Assembly: GCA_964035545.1 (NCBI GenBank)
Contig: OZ037767.1
Span: 17,729,781-17,793,780, forward strand
Direction of reading: 5' to 3'
Source: Bugula neritina
Lineage: Eukaryota > Animalia > Bryozoa
DNA length: 64,000 nucleotides
Below are positions 57,901 through 64,000 of this stretch, in pieces (within the stretch, counting starts at the first letter, position 1; each line of letters begins with the position of its first letter). The translations under genes and the position numbers were made by a program. Under the pieces are notes generated by a model that ran no database searches, had not been told where the DNA came from, and was given only the letters and a program-made list of their open reading frames with translations.

Positions 57901-59976
57901 CAGTGTGAGTAATATAGTACTAACAGTCTGAGTAATGTAGTACTAACAGTGTGAGTAATGTAGTACTAACAGTGTGAGTAATATAGTACTAACAGTATAA
58001 GTAATATAGTACTAACAGTGTGAGTAGTATAGTACTAACAGTATAAGTAATATAGTACTAACAGTGTGAGTAATATAGCAGTATAATAACTTTATGTAGG
58101 ACGCAGTTAATGAAGAATACAGACGCATGCTACACAACAAAATTGAGCCACAGCTTAGCTCGCAATTCACCAACAACATTGACATAGGGCTGGATATATT
58201 CGCCGACCCACAAGCTGGTATAGGCAGATATAGGTCACCAAAGGCTACAGCAGATGGCTGGACTAATGGCCAGTTTGTCTATGATGGATCCCACCCAGAA
58301 GAGATGTGAGTTCAACAAATGTTAATGTATTCAGACAGAGTAGAGTAGAGCTTAGAGTAGAGTAGAGCTTAGGGTAGAGTAGAGTAGAGTAGAGTAGAGC
58401 TTAGAGTAGAGTAGAGTAGAGTAGAGTAGAGTAGAGTAGAGCTTAGAGTAGAGTAGAGCTTAGGGTAGAGTAGAGCTTAGAGTAGAGTAGAGCTTAGAGT
58501 AGAGTAGAGTAGAGTAGAGTAGAGCTTAGAGTAGAGTAGAGCTTAGGGTAGAGTAGAGCTTAGGGTAGAGTAGAGCTTAGGGTAGAGTAGAGCTTAGAGT
58601 AGAGTAGAGCTTAGAGTAGAGTAGAGCTTAGGGTAGAATAGAGCTTAGGGTAGAGTAGAGCTTAGAGTAGAGTAGAGCTTAGGGTAGAGTAGAGCTTAGA
58701 GTAGAGTAGAGTTTAGGGTAGAGTAGAGCTGGAGGTGGTAATGCTGCCATTATTGTTTGCATTTAGCTTGAAGGTGGTAATGTTGCCGATACTGGTACAC
58801 GAAGCCATGCCAGGTCATCACTATCAATACAGTTACATGCTCTCCAGGACTAACATACCAGCTGTCAGGCAGCTTGTTGATGGAAGCAACAAAGATCAAA
58901 GTCCATTCAACTTTCCTTCTTACACAGTATATGTAGAAGTAAGTATATGTAGAAGTAAGTATATGTAGAAGTAAGTTCATACTGATTACTTACCGTATGG
59001 CTACACAGTATATATATAAATATTTCTACCATAGGGCTGGGCGTTGTATGCAGAGTATCTCAGTGAGCCGATGGGAATTGTAAAAACAGATAAAGAAAAG
59101 TTTGGCAAATTATCCATGGAGAGTTTGAGAGCAGCTAGGCTAGTTGTAGACACTGGAATACATTATTACAAGTAAGTATAGATTATATACTGAGTAAGTG
59201 TAGATTATATACTGAGTAAGTATAGATTATATACTGAGTAAGTGTAGATTATATACTGAGTAAGTGTAGATTATATACTGAGTAAGTGTAGATTATATAC
59301 TGAGTAAGTGTAGATTATATACTGAGTAAGTGTAGATTATATACTGAGTAAGTGTAGATTATATACTGAGTAAGTGTAGATTATATACTGAATAAGTGTA
59401 GATTATATACTGAATAAGTATAGATTATATACTGAGTAAGTATAGATTATATACTGAGTAAGTATAGATTATATACTGAGTGAACATCCATTTAGCTGGA
59501 CAATGCAAAGAGCTGTCGACTACCTCAAAGCAAACACTGCCCTAAGCAACGCCTCCTGCTGGGGACAGATTGAGAGATACGTGAAGTGGCCAGGCCAGGC
59601 CTGCAGCTATAAGATCGGAGAACTAAAGATAAAGGAGATCAGACAAAGAGCAGAGCAGGAACTCGGTAGGTCTACGTGTGTCTATCTGCACTCTAAGACC
59701 AGTTGGTCACTCCATTCTCAGTTGCAAGGAAACCAATATGTTGAGCTACTTTGTAATAACATTGTAGGAGCTGCCTTTAACCCCAAGACCTTTCACGATG
59801 CCATATTTGACCTTGGCCCTTGTTCCATGGAAATATTGGAGGATCAATTGCATGAATGGATAGACAGAGAAAAGGCTCTGGCAGCCAAGCAGGCAGCTGC
59901 TAGTCTTGACTGCAGAATGACTCTCTTCTTGCCTATAGCTGTGGCAGCACTTAGCTACATGCAGATATACAGCTAG
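48930..59976 (+). CDS. DUF885-family protein (putative zincin-like metallopeptidase) with signal peptide and hydrophobic GPI-like C-terminus; about 14 exons, first exon 48930-48981
   Basis: Spliced translation [171 protein letters not shown] carries the DUF885 signatures; GT-AG introns in phase. Confidence 0.87.
49120..50882. repeat. DUF885 intron 1 array, ~21-24-bp CACTGTAATATATCATATATCT units, 1.76 kb
   Basis: Visible array ending at the acceptor. Confidence 0.95.
52116..55829. repeat. 3.7-kb DUF885 intron array of 10/12/13-bp TACTACTCTG(T)TA units
   Basis: Fills essentially the whole intron; source of the spurious 864-, 844- and 472-aa ORFs. Confidence 0.97.
56325..57195. repeat. DUF885 intronic array, ~32-bp TGTACATGTATATCTG(C/T)TATACACACAGTAC unit
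   Basis: About 27 copies. Confidence 0.95.
57365..57630. repeat. DUF885 array, 25-bp unit with exon end plus donor (AGATGAAGCAG|GT)
   Basis: The first copy is the exon end EMKQ|GTATAA; about 11 copies. Confidence 0.9.
59171..59480. repeat. DUF885 array, 23-bp unit repeating the donor A|GTAAGT
   Basis: About 13 copies of GTAAGT(G/A)TAGATTATATACTGA. Confidence 0.9.
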
Positions 59977-60073
59977 TGCTAAGGCACAGTCATAGAGACA
60001 GATATACAGCTAGTGCTAAGGCACAGTCATAGAGACAGATATACAGCTAGTGTTAAGGCACAGTCATAGAGAC
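59961..60073. repeat. Three copies of a ~37-bp unit that includes the DUF885 stop codon (AGATATACAGCTAGTGCTAAGGCACAGTCATAGAGAC)
   Basis: The first copy overlaps the last codons QIYS*. Confidence 0.9.
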
Positions 60074-60734
60074 GGCTTATGAACAATCATTACATACAGC
60101 AGTATTGCAGTGTGTGCACATTAAGTCTATATTGCATAATATGTTACACGTGATAAGATAATCAATAAAATCTGTTCTTTATAATATTTGACATGAAACA
60201 GCCATACTGAGTGCAAGTAACTCCACTGCCAGGTATCAACACCAGTAGTTACTGAGTATATACCAATAGTTACTGAGTATATACCAGTAGTTACTGAGTA
60301 TATACCAGTAGTCACTGAGTATATACCAATAGTCACTGAGTATATACCAGTAGTTACTGAGTATATACTAGTAGTTACTGAGTATATACCAATAGTTACT
60401 GAGTATATACCAATAGTTACTGAGTAAAGACCAATAGTTACTGGTCTTAAAATTTATTTGAGCAAAAATCGAAGACATAAGACCTGCATGCTGCAGCAAA
60501 AGGTCATGACTTGAATGTAGTTATGAATATAAAAATATAAAACACTACATAATATAATAATATCAACTATATAATATAATAATATCAACTATATAATATA
60601 ATACTATCATCAACTATGAATATGTGATGAGAAATCAAACAGAATGTGTATAAATATAATCCTCTAGAATACAGCTATTCTGGTTCTATAAAATGTAGCA
60701 AATTATTAATCAGAGAGTGAGTTACTGGTCACTG

Positions 60735-61697
60735 CAGACTACTAGGTGAATAGTTACCAGTAACTTGAGACTACTAGGTGAATAGTTACTAGTAGCTTTA
60801 GACTACTAGGTGAATAGTTACTAGTAACTTTAGACTACTAGGTGAATAGTTACTAGTAACTTTAGACTACTAGGTGAATAGTTACCAGTAACTTGAGACT
60901 ACTAGGTGAATAGTTACTAGTAACTTTAGACTACTAGGTGAATAGTTACTAGTAACTTTAGACTACTACGTAAATAGTTACTAGTAACTTTAGACTACTA
61001 GGTGAATAGTTACTAGTAACTTTAGGCTACTAGGTGAATAGTTACTAGTAACTTTAGACTACTAGGTGAATAGTTACTAGTAACTTTAGACTACTAGGTG
61101 AATAGTTACTAGTAACTTTAGACTACTAGGTGAATAGTTACTAGTAACTTTAGACTACTAGGTGAATAGTTACTAGTAACTTTAGACTACTAGGTGAATA
61201 GTTACTAGTAACTTTAGACTACTACGTAAATAGTTACTAGTAACTTTAGACTACTAGGTGAATAGTTACTAGTAACTTTAGGCTACTAGGTGAATAGTTA
61301 CTAGTAACTTTAGACTACTAGGTGAATAGTTACTAGTAACTTTAGACTACCAGGTGAATAGTTACTAGTAACTTTAGACTACTAGGTGAATAGTTACTAG
61401 TAACTTTAGACTACTAGGTGAATAGTTACTAGTAACTTTAGACTACTAGGTGAATAGTTACTAGTAACTTTAGACTACTAGGTGAATAGTTACTAGTAAC
61501 TTTAGACTACTAGGTGAATAGTTACTAGTAACTTTAGACTACTAGGTGAATAGTTACTAGTAACTTTAGACTACTAGGTGAATAGTTACTAGTAACTTTA
61601 GACTACTCGGTGAATAGTTACTAGTAACTTTAGACTACTAGGTGAATAGTTACTAGTAACTGCAGACTACTAGGTGAATAGTTACTAGTAACTTTAG
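60735..61697. repeat. 32-bp array ACTTTAGACTACTAGGTGAATAGTTACTAGTA beginning at the WDR81 stop codon
   Basis: About 30 copies; the minus-strand unit contains CTAAAGTTACTAG, as at the GCC TAA AGT stop. Confidence 0.93.
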
Positions 61698-63901
61698 GCA
61701 ACTAAGTAAATAGTTCCAGAGTCTGAACCAAGGACAAGCTGTCTATTCAAAGGCAAGAGGCACATTGAGGTGAGAGTTCCCTTGAAAACCTCAGGGCGCA
61801 GCTTATCTCCCGGAGCACCTCGAAAGTTCCCCTGCAGCAAAGTAGAATTTTCAAACTGTACATTATATACTAGAAAATATTGCATATCCTATAGAATATT
61901 ATTATATAGACATATTATAGACCATATTGTATATACTATAGAATACTATTATAGACATATTATAGACAATATTGTACATACTATAGAATACTATTATAGA
62001 CATATTATAGACAGTATTGTATATGCTATAGAATACTATTATAGACATATTATAGACCATATTGTATATACTATAGAATACTATTATAGACATATTATAG
62101 ACAGTATTGTATATGCTATAGAATACTATTATAGACATATTACAGACAATATTGTATATACTATAGAATACTATTATAGACATATTATAGACCATATTGC
62201 ATATCCTATAGAATATTATTATATAGACATATTATAGACAGTATTGTACATACTATAGAATACTATTATAGACATATTATAGACCATATTGCATATACTA
62301 TAGAATACTATTATAGACATATTATAGAGAGTGAGTACCTCATAAACATATGGCTGATAAGTAGAAACTCTGTTAGCTTGACTAGCTGTAATGACTGCCT
62401 TGTTGTAAACCTGTATGGAAGTGACTTGTTGCTCATAGGTTAGTCTAGTTTGACAGGTTGGAGTGGAGGAGTTGTGACTCCACAGGGCCAGGTGTCCGTC
62501 CATGGAACACGTGATGAACTGACTGTGATTGTAGGCCGTCATCTAAAGGTAGAGAGAGAGATGAGTATTATATGTAGAGAGATGAGTATTATATGTAGAG
62601 AGATGAGTAATATATGTAGAGAGATGAGTAATATATGTAGAGAGATGAGTATTATATGTAGAGAGATGAGTATTATATGTAGAGAGATGAGTATTATATG
62701 TAGAGAGATGAGTATTATATGTAGAGAGATGAGTATTATATGTAGAGAGATGAGTATTATATGTAGAGAGATGAGTATTATATGTAGAGAGATGAGTATT
62801 ATATGTAGAGAGATGAGTATTATATGTAGAGAGATGAGTATTATATGTAGAGAGATGAGTATTATATGTAGAGAGATGAGTATTATATGTAGAGAGATGA
62901 GTATTATATGTAGAGAGATGAGTATTATATGTAGAGAGATGAGTAATATATGTAGAGAGATGAGTATTATAAGTAGAGAGATGAGTATTATATGTAGAGA
63001 GATGAGTATTATATGTAGAGAGATGAGTAATATATGTAGAGAGATGAGTATTATATGTAGAGAGATGAGTATTATATGTAGAGAGATGAGTATTATATGT
63101 AGAGAGATGAGTAATATATGTAGAGAGATGAGTATTATAAGTAGAGAGATGAGTATTATATGTAGAGAGATGAGTATTATATGTAGAGAGATGAGTATTA
63201 TATGTAGAGAGATGAGTATTATATGTAGAGAGAAAGCTATGACACAACAGCACCTGTGTTAAGTCACTTTCCATGCCTCTACACATCCAAGATGCTAGTA
63301 TGAAACCAGTCCTAAAGTCTAATACACATATGGAGCCTGTGGTATGCGCCGCTGCTATCCATGTAGACCCTAAGGCTATTCCAGCTATGGAGCCAGAACT
63401 AGGAGGTGGAACTCGAAATTCATGAGCAAACCGGTCTTGTCGAATGTCTATGAACCTGTAAATAGAACATGTCTCTCTGTATATCACTATATTACGTACT
63501 ATACATATTACTATATTACTATATTACTACATGTATATTACTACAGATATATTACTACAGATATATTACTACAGATATATTACTACAGATATATTACTAC
63601 AGATATATTACTACAGATATATTACTACAGATATATTACTACATATATATTACTACAGATATATTACTACAGATATATTACTATATTACTACATGTATAT
63701 TACTATATTACTACAGATATATTACTACATATATATTACTATATTACTACAGATATATCACCTGAGGGCAGAGTCAGGGGTAGCGGCAGCAATCAGATGA
63801 TCAGAAAGGAAACTCTGCACAGTTTGAACAGCTGAGAATCCAACAGCTGGTTTATTAGACTCGTACTGAGATAACAGAGCACCAGTCATGGTGTCCCACA
63901 C
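61694..63901 (-). CDS. WDR81: WD40-repeat C-terminus of a WDR81-like (BEACH-WD40) protein, last four exons; gene continues right of the window
   Basis: [18 protein letters not shown]|[76 protein letters not shown] resembles the conserved WDR81 C-terminus (FRGTLTSLALLP..LLLGSDNG.I.LLA). Confidence 0.8.
62550..63232. repeat. WDR81 intronic array, 21-bp unit GAGATGAGTATTATATGTAGA
   Basis: About 32 copies; produces spurious REMSIIC and LSTYNTH ORFs. Confidence 0.95.
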
Positions 63902-64000
63902 CTGTAGAATAACACGTGTAGAGTAACACATGTAGAATAGCACGAGTAGAATAACACCTGTAGAATAACACGTGTAGAATAATACCTTTAGAATAACACC

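Noticed and set aside
58336-58730. Interstitial telomere (several TTAGGG)
   Set aside because: TTAGGG occurs singly as a variant of the GCTTAGAGTAGAGTAGA unit, never in tandem.

Overview
Gene-dense, intron-rich animal (invertebrate-like) genomic DNA; the species cannot be identified from the window alone. Seven spliced genes were assembled by hand, in strictly alternating orientation: the 5' part of an Ig-domain secreted/membrane protein (-), IMP4 (+), ABCC10/MRP7 (-), a GH65 PGGHG/ATHL1-like glucosidase (+), a novel PKC of the epsilon/eta type (-), a DUF885-family protein with signal peptide and GPI-like tail (+), and the 3' end of a WDR81-like gene (-). Three mobile elements are present. 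(1) An intact, very young Ty3/Gypsy LTR retrotransposon (23010-30582; identical 271-bp LTRs, GTAT target-site duplication, tRNA-Leu-type PBS) with a non-Env second ORF encoding a C2H2 zinc-finger/coiled-coil protein and a Gag zinc knuckle that has lost its cysteines. (2) A 5'-truncated Penelope-like GIY-YIG element with a minimal hammerhead ribozyme, flanked by (TA)n. (3) A tRNA-derived SINE with a 16-bp TSD. The most striking window-wide pattern is that most introns and several 3' UTRs are filled with their own unique minisatellite, often built from a copy of the adjacent splice junction or stop codon. This gives up to about 30 decoy splice sites per intron, while the intergenic spacers lack such arrays. 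Most long ORFs in the supplied track outside the retrotransposon are artefacts of these repeats.
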